In this document: positions 1-9,926 of the stretch, piece after piece
Layout: each line of letters starts with the position of its first letter
Position numbering within the stretch: the stretch's first letter is position 1
Assembly: GCA_963676835.2 (NCBI GenBank)
Contig: CAXXFF010000003.1
Location: forward strand, 895,746 to 959,745
Length of the DNA stretch: 64,000 nt
Source: Marispirochaeta sp.
GTDB taxonomy: Bacteria > Spirochaetota > Spirochaetia > JC444 > Marispirochaetaceae
Direction: 5' to 3'
Translations under genes and position numbers: made by a program
The notes under the pieces: generated by a model
Database searches by the model: none
What the model was told of the DNA's origin: nothing
What the model saw: only the letters and a program-made list of their open reading frames with translations

Positions 1-844
1 CCCCGGTAGACTCCATATCGCCGTCGCCATCATAATCACTGGTGGCGTTATCGGCACTATACACAGCGTCTGCACCGCTTACAAAATTTCCGGGGTAATA
101 TTCTCCCGCAGTATTAAGAACACCGTCGCATTCCGCATCATTGATATACCGTGCAGCAAACTCACTTTCATATCTTGAAGGAAGCCTGTAACCGGTATTT
201 GTCGCTGTTTCTGCTGTTTCGGTGTGAACCCAATCCTTATCAATCCCGGTATACACCACATTATCGGTATTCCCGTCACGCATTTCGGTCAGCCAGTTAC
301 AGAACATAATGGCGCCGTACCAGCTTACATCAACTACAGGATACTTCTCATAGCCTGTGGCTACTGAAAAGGTATCCAAATCCGTATCGTAGCTGATCTT
401 CATCTCGCCTGACCACGCATCAAGATCAAGTAGCTCCTGATCACCATATTTAACTGTCGAGGCACTGACCTCGTTATGTGCATCGGTGGTCTCTACAATT
501 TTATTGTTATCAAGCGCCCATTGAAGAACTTCTGCCATAAGCTCCCAGGTTACTTCCGTTTCTGAAAGGAAAAACTGATTACTGAGTGTGGCTGTACTGC
601 TATCAGTGTAGCCTGTAGGAAATGTCATCTCTGTCCGGTTGTTGGCGTAGATCATATTAACAGGCACTTTTCCCACGCTTATCGGGACGGACTGGCCGGG
701 GACTGTGGCATTGTCAAAGGTCACAGTTTCAACTTCCTCTCCACCACTACTCCCCGCATCGAGAGTACATGCGGTTAACACCAGCACACCGGTAAGCAAC
801 AAGACAATTGCAATTGGTATCAATACAGATGTTTCTCTTTTCAT
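1..844 (-). CDS. FGE-sulfatase (SUMF1/EgtB/PvdO, CLec-fold) domain lipoprotein, 3' end runs off the window
   Basis: Not in the ORF track; translated by hand from ATG 844: MKRETSVLIPIAIVLLLTGVLVLTA-C (lipobox), then ...FFLSETEVTWEL...YPVVDVSWYGAIMFCNWLTE...GYRLPSRYESEFAAR, motifs typical of FGE-domain proteins. Confidence 0.85.
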   Translation of the reverse strand, partial: MKRETSVLIPIAIVLLLTGVLVLTACTLDAGSSGGEEVETVTFDNATVPGQSVPISVGKVPVNMIYANNRTEMTFPTGYTDSSTATLSNQFFLSETEVTWELMAEVLQWALDNNKIVETTDAHNEVSASTVKYGDQELLDLDAWSGEMKISYDTDLDTFSVATGYEKYPVVDVSWYGAIMFCNWLTEMRDGNTDNVVYTGIDKDWVHTETAETATNTGYRLPSRYESEFAARYINDAECDGVLNTAGEYYPGNFVSGADAVYSADNATSDYDGDGDMESTG

Positions 845-1170
845 TCATTTTTCCTTTTTTGTATTTTTATTTTTCTTATACAGTTTTTCTCTATGTGAAA
901 GACAGCCGTTGAATACTGTCTTAATCCCGAATATACCCCGCAGCAGGCACATTTCCACTAAGATTTCCAGGCCGAACAGCTTCGATCACCCCGAACATCA
1001 GATCGACGGTACCCATTTCCAGGGGAGATACGAGCCCTGGAGCAAACATGAAAAGCAACGTGAATGCGGTAGAAACCGGAGGAGAAGGCAGTATAGAGAA
1101 ATCTGAATCAGGTTTTATAAAAGGGCATTTGACCATCTGTCAGAGAAGAACAGATCAGGAAAAAAAATAA

Positions 1171-1211
1171 AAAAAGCTTCCATCGGAGATGATTTTACCC
1201 CGAGGGAAGCT
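1171..1211 (-). terminator. Rho-independent terminator downstream of the tyrS 3' remnant
   Basis: Minus strand AGCTTCCCTCGG...CCGATGGAAGCT hairpin followed by a T-run. Confidence 0.55.
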
Positions 1212-1237
1212 GATTTCTTAAAAAAACAGAGTGATAG

Positions 1238-1378
1238 TTACTCCACAATTACCCGGAAAAAACGCTTTTTACCGGCTTTAAGCATAAGCTCGCCCTCTTC
1301 AAGGCGGAAGGCATTAATAACCTCGTCAATGCTTTCCACCTTAACATCGTTAATGCGGGCGCCGTCCTGCTGTACCAG
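1238..1378 (-). pseudogene. tyrS: Orphan duplicate of the tyrS 3' end (~47 codons, S4 domain tail)
   Basis: Reads LVQQDGARINDVKVESIDEVINAFRLEEGELMLKAGKKRFFRVIVE* versus LVQQGGARINDVKVESIDEVINASRLEEGELMLKAGKKRFFRVTVK* at 2705-2845. About 22 differences in 141 nt by hand count. Confidence 0.92.
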
Positions 1379-1392
1379 CAGGCTCCGGATAC

Positions 1393-2538
1393 TTAAGCGA
1401 TCAGATCCTGTATCCGCTCAAGCGGTATAAGCTCTATTTTTTCACGCAGCGGGTAATGATTGTCTCCGGGATAAACAACGTATAATTTGTCCAGTTTCAA
1501 ATCTGATAATACGGTTGTCATGGAACGGCTTACCTTCGGCGAATCGGCATACTTGAACTCAAACCCAAGGCGTTTTCCGTTTTTTAAAATCAGAAGATCC
1601 AGTTCAGCCCCGGAATAGGTTGCGTAAAAATAGGCTTCCTGCTCAGCATCCAGAAGGTTGATTATCTGCTCAATACAGTAGCCTTCCCAGGAAAGCCCCA
1701 ATTTCGGATGCGACAGTAGATCCATGTTACTCTTTATTCCCAGCAGAAAATGAAGCAATCCGTTATCCCGGATATATACCTTCGGAGATTTAACCAGCCT
1801 TTTTTTTGTATTCTCAAACCAGGGCGGAAGCTGCCGCAGCAGATAGGTCCCTGTCAGTATATCCAGATAATGCCGCGCAGTATCTTCTTTCGTTCCAAGC
1901 GATCGGGCAAGATCGGCGCTGTTCCAGATATTTCCATGATAATGGGCAATCATTGTCCAGAAACGACGTAATGTAGCGGCAGGAACACGGATACCAAGCT
2001 GGGGGATGTCTCTCTCCAGAAAACTTCTGACGAAATTGCCGCGCCAATCAAAACTCTGCTTATCGGTATCCGCAAGGTAGGAGAGCGGGAATCCGCCGCG
2101 TATCCAGTGGGAATCCGCATGCTGAAAACCGATCTCATCTGCTGTAAATCCTGTCATCTCTATCAGCGAAATCCGCCCCGCCAGGGATTCTGATGCTCCC
2201 CGGACAATATCAGGAGAGGCGCTGCCTAATATCAGATACCGGCAATTGATGTTTTCTTCATCACAAAGAACGCGGAGAAGAGAAAAAAGCCCCGGTTGAA
2301 GCTGGATCTCATCAATTATTACCAGCCCTTTAAGCGCTCTCAGTACAAGCTTGGCCCGCTCTTCCTGCAGCGGACATTCGGGATCTTCAAGATCAAAATA
2401 AACAGAATCCCGCCCTTTGGAGATCTCCCGGGCAATTGTGGTTTTCCCGCATTGCCGGGGTCCAAGAATGGCTGTAACCGGGTACTGTTTAATCTGCTGA
2501 AGAATTTTTGACTTTAAATCCCGCCGCTCAATCATCAT
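1393..2538 (-). CDS. AAA+ ATP-binding protein (AAA_14 + DUF4143-like)
   Basis: Walker A GPRQCGKTT, Walker B IIDEIQ, LGSAS, SESLAGR, RGGFP, and C-terminal ELDL...FEFK nuclease-like motif. Confidence 0.9.
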   Translation of the reverse strand: MMIERRDLKSKILQQIKQYPVTAILGPRQCGKTTIAREISKGRDSVYFDLEDPECPLQEERAKLVLRALKGLVIIDEIQLQPGLFSLLRVLCDEENINCRYLILGSASPDIVRGASESLAGRISLIEMTGFTADEIGFQHADSHWIRGGFPLSYLADTDKQSFDWRGNFVRSFLERDIPQLGIRVPAATLRRFWTMIAHYHGNIWNSADLARSLGTKEDTARHYLDILTGTYLLRQLPPWFENTKKRLVKSPKVYIRDNGLLHFLLGIKSNMDLLSHPKLGLSWEGYCIEQIINLLDAEQEAYFYATYSGAELDLLILKNGKRLGFEFKYADSPKVSRSMTTVLSDLKLDKLYVVYPGDNHYPLREKIELIPLERIQDLIA

Positions 2539-2644
2539 TGAATATTACCATACTTCCTGGTGATATTCTATATTAAATTATTCACAAAATCTATCTTCCT
2601 TGACTATGGTAAAAAATACCACGTTTTTAGAGGTGTCCTTAAAT

Positions 2645-2686
2645 AAAAAACCCCCACGTGCGCCGTACGGCCCTCGCGGGGGTTTT
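2645..2686 (-). terminator. Rho-independent terminator after tyrS
   Basis: aaaaaacccccacg...cgcgggggtttt inverted repeat just downstream of the tyrS stop. Confidence 0.65.
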
Positions 2687-2704
2687 ATATTAAGCCGGGA
2701 TTTG

Positions 2705-3937
2705 CTATTTCACCGTAACCCGGAAAAAACGCTTCTTACCGGCTTTCAGCATAAGCTCACCCTCTTCCAGGCGTGAGGCATTAATAACCTCGTCAATGCT
2801 CTCTACCTTTACGTCGTTGATTCTGGCGCCTCCCTGCTGTACAAGCCTTCGGGCTTCACCGTTGGATTTGCACAGGTCGGTACGGGCAAAAAGATCCAGT
2901 ACACCGATGCCTGATTCCAGCTCTGAAGCAGGGATTTCGATGGAAGGAACATTACTCAGGTCTCCCCCGCCGCCGAAGGCCGCCTTTGCAGCTGCCAGAG
3001 CTTTTTCCGCTTCGGCGTCACCATGCACAAGCTTCGTATACTCGTATGCCAGCCGCTCTTTGGCACCGTTCAGGGCAACCCCTTCGCCTTTACAGAGTTC
3101 CTTGATCTCTTCAACCTCAAGGAAGGTGAACAGCAGCATGAACTTCTCAACATCCGCATCGGGCACATTGCGCCAGTACTGGAACATGTCGTAGGGGCTG
3201 GTCAGCGAAGGATCGAGGAATACAGCTCCCTTCTCGGTCTTGCCCATCTTTTTGCCGTCGGACCGGGTAACCAGGGGAAAGGTAAGGCCGTAGGCCTCGG
3301 TGCTTTCCAGCCGGCGGATAAGGTCGATTCCCGCAACAATGTTGCCCCACTGATCATCCCCACCGATCTGCAGCCGGCAGCCCCTGCGGCGGTAGAGCTC
3401 CAGGTAATCGTAGGACTGCAGCAGCTGATAGTTAAACTCAATGAATGAGAGTCCAGTCTCCATGCGCATTTTGTATGCCTCAAAACTGAGCATGCGGTTT
3501 ACGGAAAACTGACTGCCGATTTCCCGGAGGAAATCAATATAATTAAGATCCGCCAGCCAGTCGGCGTTATTCATCATCCAGCCGTTTTCACCGTCCAGAT
3601 GGACAAAGTTCTTCAACTGATCCATCTGGGACTTACTGTTGGCGGCAATTTCTTCGTAGGTTATCAGCTTACGCATCTCGGTTTTACCGGAAGGATCACC
3701 AATACGGGCGGTACCTCCCCCGGATAAAAGCACGGGCTTGTGTCCCGCCTTCTGCAGGTGGGACAGGGCAAAGACCGGCACCATATGGCCAACATGCAGA
3801 GAGGGTCCTGTGGGGTCTATCCCCAGGTAGAAGGCCACGGGGCCTTCGCTCATGAGCTTGTTAAGTCCTTCAAGGTCGGTACACTGCTTGATAAATCCCC
3901 GCTCCTGGAGGACCTGTAATCCCGGAGTCAGGCTCAT
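2705..3937 (-). CDS. tyrS: Tyrosine--tRNA ligase
   Basis: GIDPTGPSLHVGH (HIGH), QIGGDDQWGNI, KMGKT (KMSKS) and C-terminal S4 domain. Confidence 0.98.
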   Translation of the reverse strand: MSLTPGLQVLQERGFIKQCTDLEGLNKLMSEGPVAFYLGIDPTGPSLHVGHMVPVFALSHLQKAGHKPVLLSGGGTARIGDPSGKTEMRKLITYEEIAANSKSQMDQLKNFVHLDGENGWMMNNADWLADLNYIDFLREIGSQFSVNRMLSFEAYKMRMETGLSFIEFNYQLLQSYDYLELYRRRGCRLQIGGDDQWGNIVAGIDLIRRLESTEAYGLTFPLVTRSDGKKMGKTEKGAVFLDPSLTSPYDMFQYWRNVPDADVEKFMLLFTFLEVEEIKELCKGEGVALNGAKERLAYEYTKLVHGDAEAEKALAAAKAAFGGGGDLSNVPSIEIPASELESGIGVLDLFARTDLCKSNGEARRLVQQGGARINDVKVESIDEVINASRLEEGELMLKAGKKRFFRVTVK

Positions 3938-5271
3938 ACGCGTTTGTACTCCTTGATCTCTTTGCGGATGCGGCTCACCAGGTCGGACTTGTGAACCCTC
4001 ACCTGCTCCATTGAGTCACGGAAACGGAGGGTTACGGTGCCGTCTTCCTTGGAGTCGTAATCGACGGTTACACAGAAAGGAGTACCGCCCTCGTCCTGCC
4101 GGCGGTAACGGCGGCCGATGGCGCCGGACTGGTCGTAGAATACGTTGAAGTCGTCCCGGAGGTCCGCCTCAATCTCCTTTGCCAGTTCCGCAATGCCGTC
4201 TTTCTTAACCAGGGGCAGGATTGCAACGGTAATGGGAGCAACCCGGGGGTGAAAGTGCATAACGGTACGAATATCGCCTTCACCCAGATCCTGCTCCTCA
4301 TAAGCATCGGAGAGAACCATAAGTACGGAGCGGGTAAGACCCGCGGAGGTTTCAATTACATAGGGGACAAAGCGCTCACGGGTCTGGTCGTCCAGATAGG
4401 TCTGATCCTTGCCGGAAAACTCCTGATGGCGGCCCAGGTCGAAGTCGGTGCGGTTGTGAACACCTTCGAGCTCCTGCCAGCCCATGGGGAAGAGGTACTC
4501 GATGTCGTAGGCGTCCTTGGCGTAGTGAGCCAGTTCATCCGGTCCGTGCTGGTGCCAGCGCAGGTGGTCTGCCTGAATTCCCAGCTTCTCGTAGTAGCCC
4601 ATGCGCTGCTCTTTCCAGTAGTTGAAAAACTCATCGTCATCGCCGGGTTTTACAAAAAACTGCATCTCCATCTGCTCGAACTCACAGGTCCGGAAAATAA
4701 AGTTCTTGGTAACAATCTCATTACGGAAGGCTTTTCCAACCTGGGCGATTCCGAAGGGGATCTTTACCCGGCTGGTCTGCACAACGTTGCGGAAGTTTAC
4801 GAAGATACCCTGAGCAGTTTCGGGGCGGAGGTAGACAACGTTTTTGTCATCTTTTACCGGGCCCAGGTGGGTCTGGAACATCAGGTTGAATTCTCTGGGT
4901 TCAGTGAAGGTTCCTTTGCTGCCGCAGACGGGACAGGGAGCTTCAAGATCCACATGGTCGGCACGGAAGCGGTTTTTACACTCCTTACAGTCCACCATGG
5001 GATCGGAAAAGTTCTCAACGTGGCCGGAGGCTTCCCATACACGGGGGTGCATCATGATAGCTGCATCAAGACCCACGATATTGTCGTGGAGCTGGGTCAT
5101 CTCTTTCCACCAGAAATTCTGGATGTTTTTCTTGAGCTCAACACCCATGGGGCCATAGTCCCAGGCGGAAGAGAGTCCTCCGTATATTTCCGATGACTGA
5201 AATACAAATCCCCGCCGTTTACAGAGGGATACAATCTTTTCCATGGTTACTTCTGTGGTCTTTTCTGCCAT
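3934..5271 (-). CDS. glyQS: Glycine--tRNA ligase (alpha2 type)
   Basis: LRPETAQGIF, GKAFRNE, FEQMEMQFF, IGRRYRRQDE. Confidence 0.98.
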   Translation of the reverse strand: MAEKTTEVTMEKIVSLCKRRGFVFQSSEIYGGLSSAWDYGPMGVELKKNIQNFWWKEMTQLHDNIVGLDAAIMMHPRVWEASGHVENFSDPMVDCKECKNRFRADHVDLEAPCPVCGSKGTFTEPREFNLMFQTHLGPVKDDKNVVYLRPETAQGIFVNFRNVVQTSRVKIPFGIAQVGKAFRNEIVTKNFIFRTCEFEQMEMQFFVKPGDDDEFFNYWKEQRMGYYEKLGIQADHLRWHQHGPDELAHYAKDAYDIEYLFPMGWQELEGVHNRTDFDLGRHQEFSGKDQTYLDDQTRERFVPYVIETSAGLTRSVLMVLSDAYEEQDLGEGDIRTVMHFHPRVAPITVAILPLVKKDGIAELAKEIEADLRDDFNVFYDQSGAIGRRYRRQDEGGTPFCVTVDYDSKEDGTVTLRFRDSMEQVRVHKSDLVSRIRKEIKEYKRV

Positions 5272-5324
5272 TATTCTGCTCCTGATTCTTCAGTTAATCT
5301 GTTATTTCTCTGGTGCCGCGCCGC

Positions 5325-6800
5325 TTACAGGCGGCTTTTAAGGGCTGCGATGAGCCGGTCGATCCTGCGCAGGGACTCATCTATACCGATAAGTTCACAG
5401 GACTCCAAAAGCGGCGGCGACACATTGCTGCCGGTGACACCCACCCGTAAGGGGCCCATCATATCGCCAAGTTTTACTTCAAGTTCTTCTGATTTGCTGC
5501 GGAAGCTATTCTCAACATCTTCAATGGAATTCTCTTTAAGAGATGCAACAAGATCCCGGCCTGCGGAAAGAACTTCGACAGTCTTTGCAATATCAAGCTT
5601 TTTGGGAACCGCAATCTCCGGATCCTCGGGCTCAACATCCTTAAACAGGAATTTCACCAGAGACCCGATTTCTCCCAGGGTCTTCAGCCGGGGTTTAACC
5701 AGCTCCATGAAGTTGTCAATTACCTTCTGCTCCTCATCGGTGGGAGGATCGGCGATAACATCCGCCTCAACCAGAAAGGGAATGAGCTGCTTTTTCAGCT
5801 CAGCGTCTTCGGTGTTGCGGATATACTGGCCGTTGAACCAGGCAAGCTTCTTGTAGTCAAAAACACCGGGTGCCTTGTTGAGCTTGTCCAGGGTAAACAG
5901 CTCTTCCAGCTCTTTTATAGTAAAGAACTCCCTGGAATCATCATAACTCCAGCCGATGAGTGACACATAGTTAATAAGAGCTTCCGGAAGGTATCCCTCT
6001 TTGCGGAACTCCCGCACACTTGTGGACCCATGACGCTTGGAAAGCTTCTGGCCGTCTTTTCCCATTACCATGGGAAGGTGACAGTATTTGGGCGGCTCCC
6101 AGCCGAATGCCTGGTAAAGCAGGACATGCAGAGGCCCGGAGGGAATCCACTCCTGAGCCCGGAGAATATGGGTGATCTGCATATAGTGATCGTCCACCAC
6201 ATTGGCCAGGTGATAGGTGGGAAAACCGTCGCCTTTAAGTATTACCGGATCGGGGTTTATATCTTTGTTCTTACGTTTTATGTCGCCCATGATCTCGTCA
6301 TGGAAGCTTGTTGCGCCGTCCAGGGGAATCTTGAAGCGTATTACCGGCTTCAGGCCCTTCTCTTCCAGCTCCGCTGCCAGCTTCTTCTCCTCGTCAGGGG
6401 AAAGATCACGGCAGCGGCGGTCGTAGCCGGTTGCCTTCTTCTGGCTTGCCCGCATCTCTTCTAACCTTTCGGCGGTGCAGTAGCAGCGGTAGGCGTGTCC
6501 CGATTCCAGCAGCTTGTCTGCATACTCCCGGTAGAGATCAAAACGCTCGGACTGTACGTAGGGGCCGAAATCCCCCCCCACATCCGGGCCTTCGTCCCAT
6601 TTGATGCCGAGCCACTCAAAGGTGTCGTAGAGATCCTGCAGGGATTCATCGGAGTAGCGGGTCTGGTCGGTATCTTCCACCCGGAGAATGAATTTGCCCC
6701 CCTGACTGCGGGCAAAAAAGTAGTTGAATAGTGCGGTTCGAACTCCGCCGATATGCTGAAGACCCGTCGGTGACGGGGCGTAGCGGACGCGTACGCTCAT
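5325..6800 (-). CDS. gltX: Glutamate--tRNA ligase
   Basis: RYAPSPTGLQHIGG, PTYHLANVVDD, KLSKRHG. Confidence 0.98.
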   Translation of the reverse strand: MSVRVRYAPSPTGLQHIGGVRTALFNYFFARSQGGKFILRVEDTDQTRYSDESLQDLYDTFEWLGIKWDEGPDVGGDFGPYVQSERFDLYREYADKLLESGHAYRCYCTAERLEEMRASQKKATGYDRRCRDLSPDEEKKLAAELEEKGLKPVIRFKIPLDGATSFHDEIMGDIKRKNKDINPDPVILKGDGFPTYHLANVVDDHYMQITHILRAQEWIPSGPLHVLLYQAFGWEPPKYCHLPMVMGKDGQKLSKRHGSTSVREFRKEGYLPEALINYVSLIGWSYDDSREFFTIKELEELFTLDKLNKAPGVFDYKKLAWFNGQYIRNTEDAELKKQLIPFLVEADVIADPPTDEEQKVIDNFMELVKPRLKTLGEIGSLVKFLFKDVEPEDPEIAVPKKLDIAKTVEVLSAGRDLVASLKENSIEDVENSFRSKSEELEVKLGDMMGPLRVGVTGSNVSPPLLESCELIGIDESLRRIDRLIAALKSRL

Positions 6801-6860
6801 GGCAATCCTCGAATAGTATTCTAAATCTAAAATAGTCTGTTAAGAGATAGTCGAGTTGTG

Positions 6861-6890
6861 ATTATAGCGGGGCGGAAAGGAGGCAGTCAA
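6861..6890 (-). promoter_or_regulatory. Sigma70 promoter of the gltX-glyQS-tyrS operon
   Basis: TTGACT-N18-TATAAT on the minus strand, ~60 nt upstream of gltX. Confidence 0.6.
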
Positions 6891-6942
6891 CAGCAGAATT
6901 TAACAGGAGAACCACGGCTGCCCTGGCGCAGGAATGATGACT

Positions 6943-7251
6943 CTAGGGCAAATCCTGCCGGTAGAACTCCAGAGCCTCCTCCAGCAGAGCTTCCCACTCA
7001 TCTTCCAGGCTGCCGGCAAAACGTTTTCGGCCGGCATGTTCATACCAGTAGTCAGCGTTCCACAGAACCCCTTCCTTGCGGTGCAGGTAGGCATGAACCG
7101 CACTTCCCTGGGGAGTGGGAATAGACTGGGCTATGGAGTGGGCAAAATCCCAGTCATCCTTCCGGTCCCACCAGAGAGCCTGAAGTACCTGATCCATATC
7201 CGATGGAGGTGAACTTCGTTCAAGGCTGGCGTGAAAATCTTTTAGAGTCAT
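6943..7251 (-). CDS. Conserved hypothetical protein
   Basis: 102 aa with W..AH..AQ...VHAYLHRKEG..NA.YWY pattern of a widespread small helical family. Confidence 0.75.
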   Translation of the reverse strand: MTLKDFHASLERSSPPSDMDQVLQALWWDRKDDWDFAHSIAQSIPTPQGSAVHAYLHRKEGVLWNADYWYEHAGRKRFAGSLEDEWEALLEEALEFYRQDLP

Positions 7252-7308
7252 ATGGGGAAAGTTACTTATAAATAGAGAGTGATGTCGACTCTTTTTTCTT
7301 CCGCCGGC

Positions 7309-7692
7309 TTAATTCATTACAGGAAGGGCAGACTCAAACTGACCGGTGGAGAGGAGCACCAGTGTACAGGCTTCCAGGTAAGGGATTCCCGCTTCATCAA
7401 GAGCCTTCATAAGCTCATCCGACTCGGTTCCGGGGTTGAAAATAACCCGGCCTGGTTTGAGGGCCAGGATTGCCTCTATTTCTCCCTTAATATGTTTGGG
7501 ACCGATGTAAAGCGTGAGGGTATGAACCTTTTCAGGGATATCTGCCAGAGACTTGAAAACCGGAGTACCTTCAATGTCTTCCAGCACCTGGTTAACCGGC
7601 GCTACAGCGTAACCATGGCTCTTGAGCATGGTCATGGCCTTGTAGGCATATCGTTCAGGTTTCTTACTGGCACCTAATATGGCAATCTGCAT
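7309..7692 (-). CDS. CoA-binding protein (YccU-like)
   Basis: IAILGASKKPERYA, PVN, IFNPG, EACTLV. Confidence 0.9.
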   Translation of the reverse strand: MQIAILGASKKPERYAYKAMTMLKSHGYAVAPVNQVLEDIEGTPVFKSLADIPEKVHTLTLYIGPKHIKGEIEAILALKPGRVIFNPGTESDELMKALDEAGIPYLEACTLVLLSTGQFESALPVMN

Positions 7693-7765
7693 AATTTCTC
7701 CTATATAACATTTATAATATATTAAAACAGCCCCGAAGAGACAAGTCCCCGGTTTTTACGGGGGC

Positions 7766-8983
7766 TTATACCTGGCGGTAACTTGCCAGAAAATCCTTAA
7801 GATCGTTCATTACCCGTTCAAGCTCATCCACCCGGGGAAGAAAGACAATACGGAAATGGTCAGGGTCGGGCCAGTTGAAGCCGGTTCCCTGCACCATGAG
7901 CACCTTTTTCTCTTTAAGAAAATCAAGAATAAACTGCATGTCGTTGGTAATGCCGAAACGCTTGATATCTATCTTCGGAAACAGGTAAAGGGCGCCCCTC
8001 GGTTTTACGCAGCTTATTCCGGGAATCTCGGTAAGAATACTGTAGGCCATATCCCGCTGTTCCCGAAGACGTCCTCCGGGGATAATCAGGTCCTTGATAC
8101 TCTGGTAGCCCCCAAGAGCAGCCTGAATGGCATACTGGGCGGGAACATTGGCGCAGAGACGCATATTGGAAAGCATGTTAAGCCCTTCAAGATAGTCCTG
8201 GGCATGTGATTTCCGGCCGCTTAATATCATCCATCCCGCCCGGAAACCGGCGGCACGATACACTTTGGAAAGTCCGTTAAAGGTAACCATGAGAATATCA
8301 TCCGCCAGGGATGCCGTGGGAGTGTGGGTATTGTCATCGTAGAGAATCTTGTCGTAGATCTCATCGGAAAACAGAATCAGATCGTGTTTGCGGGCAAGTT
8401 CAACAATCCCTTCAAGTATTTCCTTCGGGTAGACACTGCCGGTGGGATTGTTGGGGTTTATAATAACAATACCCTTGGTTCTGTCACTTATTTTCGACTC
8501 CATGTCGTCCAGGTCGGGAAACCAGTCGGAGGATTCGTCGCAGATGTAGTGAACAGCTTTTCCCCCCGCCAGGGTAGCGGCCGCAGTCCAGAGGGGATAA
8601 TCGGGAGCGGGAATAAGCACCTCGTCGCCGTTGTTTAAAAGCCCCTGCATGGACATTACAATCAGTTCGCTGACACCGTTGCCGATATAGATATCCTCGG
8701 TTCCCACGCCGGGAATACCGATCTGCTGGCAATACTGCATTACCGCCTTCCGGGCGGAAAAAAGTCCTTTTGAATCAATATAGCCCTGGGCATCGTGCAG
8801 GTTGTGAACCATGTCATGGAGGAGTTCATCCGGGGCGTTGAAACCGAACACGTAGGGGTTTCCGGTGTTCAGCTTCATTACATGGTAGCCCTCCTCTTCG
8901 AGCCTCTGGGCTTCGCTGAGAACGGGCCCGCGGATATCGTAACAGACTTCATCGAGCTTGCTGGATTTTGTGTAGACCTTCAT
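7766..8983 (-). CDS. alaA: PLP-dependent alanine aminotransferase (class I/II)
   Basis: KSSKLDEVCYDIRGPV, GNGVSELI, INPNNPTG, DEIYDK, FNGLSK. Confidence 0.92.
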   Translation of the reverse strand: MKVYTKSSKLDEVCYDIRGPVLSEAQRLEEEGYHVMKLNTGNPYVFGFNAPDELLHDMVHNLHDAQGYIDSKGLFSARKAVMQYCQQIGIPGVGTEDIYIGNGVSELIVMSMQGLLNNGDEVLIPAPDYPLWTAAATLAGGKAVHYICDESSDWFPDLDDMESKISDRTKGIVIINPNNPTGSVYPKEILEGIVELARKHDLILFSDEIYDKILYDDNTHTPTASLADDILMVTFNGLSKVYRAAGFRAGWMILSGRKSHAQDYLEGLNMLSNMRLCANVPAQYAIQAALGGYQSIKDLIIPGGRLREQRDMAYSILTEIPGISCVKPRGALYLFPKIDIKRFGITNDMQFILDFLKEKKVLMVQGTGFNWPDPDHFRIVFLPRVDELERVMNDLKDFLASYRQV

Positions 8984-9817
8984 TTATGCATCTTCTCCGG
9001 GTGTACTTTCCTGTGGTTCCGCAAGGGCCGAATAGAGCCAGTCAACAGCCTCTTCAACAACCTTGCCGAGAACAACAATATGCACCTCTGCCCGGGCTTT
9101 GACAATCTCTTTCTCGAGGGCTTCCCTTGTAAAACGCTTTTTAAGATCCATGCGCATATTCTCTTTAATTTTCTGCGCTTCCACATCATCAAGGGCGGCA
9201 GTCTCAAGCATATAGGCATTCAGAAGAGTGAGTACCGGATCGGTCCAGTCCAGAATTGAAAGAAACTGAACCTTTGCTTCGCTGAGCTTTTTCTGAAGAA
9301 GCAGGGAAAAACCGTAACTCCAGACTATCCACAGCCGTGTCTTTACCTTGCTTTCCAGAAACTCCCGGAAAAAGGCTTCTGCCTTTGCAGGCTCGCTCCC
9401 CAGAATATAGGGAACTCCAAGGGTAAGAACAAACTCCTCCAGCATGGCCGGCTTTTTCTCCCGCAGGAGCATTTCTACGCGGGTAAGTATATCCAGACGG
9501 CTGCTGACAAGTGCCGCATTAATGCAGATCTTTATATCCTGTTTCCTGAAACGTCCGTTTTCCATACGGCCGAGAACATGACTGATAATGCCGCTCCAGT
9601 CCTCTTTCTCGAGAAGAGAGAAGAGCCGCCAGTGCATAAGGAAGTACAAATTAAGCAGAGCCATAACCAGAAAGAAGACAAGAGGCAGGTACCAGTTACC
9701 CGTCCAGAAATCCCGGGTATAGTCCCATCCAAGGACCAGAAGAGGCATAAAAAATATAATAAGGAAGGAGAATAGGATTACTATATTAAAAAGAGTAAAA
9801 ATTATCTTAAATTTCAC
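8984..9817 (-). CDS. Hypothetical membrane protein (two N-terminal TM segments plus helical domain)
   Basis: Likely GTG start at 9817 behind a GGAG RBS; hydrophobic N-terminus. Confidence 0.75.
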   Translation of the reverse strand: MKFKIIFTLFNIVILFSFLIIFFMPLLVLGWDYTRDFWTGNWYLPLVFFLVMALLNLYFLMHWRLFSLLEKEDWSGIISHVLGRMENGRFRKQDIKICINAALVSSRLDILTRVEMLLREKKPAMLEEFVLTLGVPYILGSEPAKAEAFFREFLESKVKTRLWIVWSYGFSLLLQKKLSEAKVQFLSILDWTDPVLTLLNAYMLETAALDDVEAQKIKENMRMDLKKRFTREALEKEIVKARAEVHIVVLGKVVEEAVDWLYSALAEPQESTPGEDA

Positions 9818-9845
9818 CGAAATTCTCCTATAATATATAAGAGGG

Positions 9846-9874
9846 AGTGTAAAGTATTCCCTTTGTGGGGTCAA
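9846..9874 (-). promoter_or_regulatory. Sigma70 promoter for the 9817 gene / alaA
   Basis: TTGACC-N17-TACACT on the minus strand. Confidence 0.45.
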
Positions 9875-9926
9875 CGGCAGAAATTCTGCCGGGCTTTGGA
9901 ATGCGCAATAAGGAAAATGATGCATC

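Noticed and set aside
921..1136. 71-aa ORF, vaguely like the N-terminus of a CHASE2 sensor
   Set aside because: Short, weak start and only an impressionistic resemblance; cannot be supported as a gene or pseudogene.
6801..6942. T-box riboswitch ahead of the synthetase operon
   Set aside because: The leader after the predicted promoter is only ~55 nt and has no T-box consensus.
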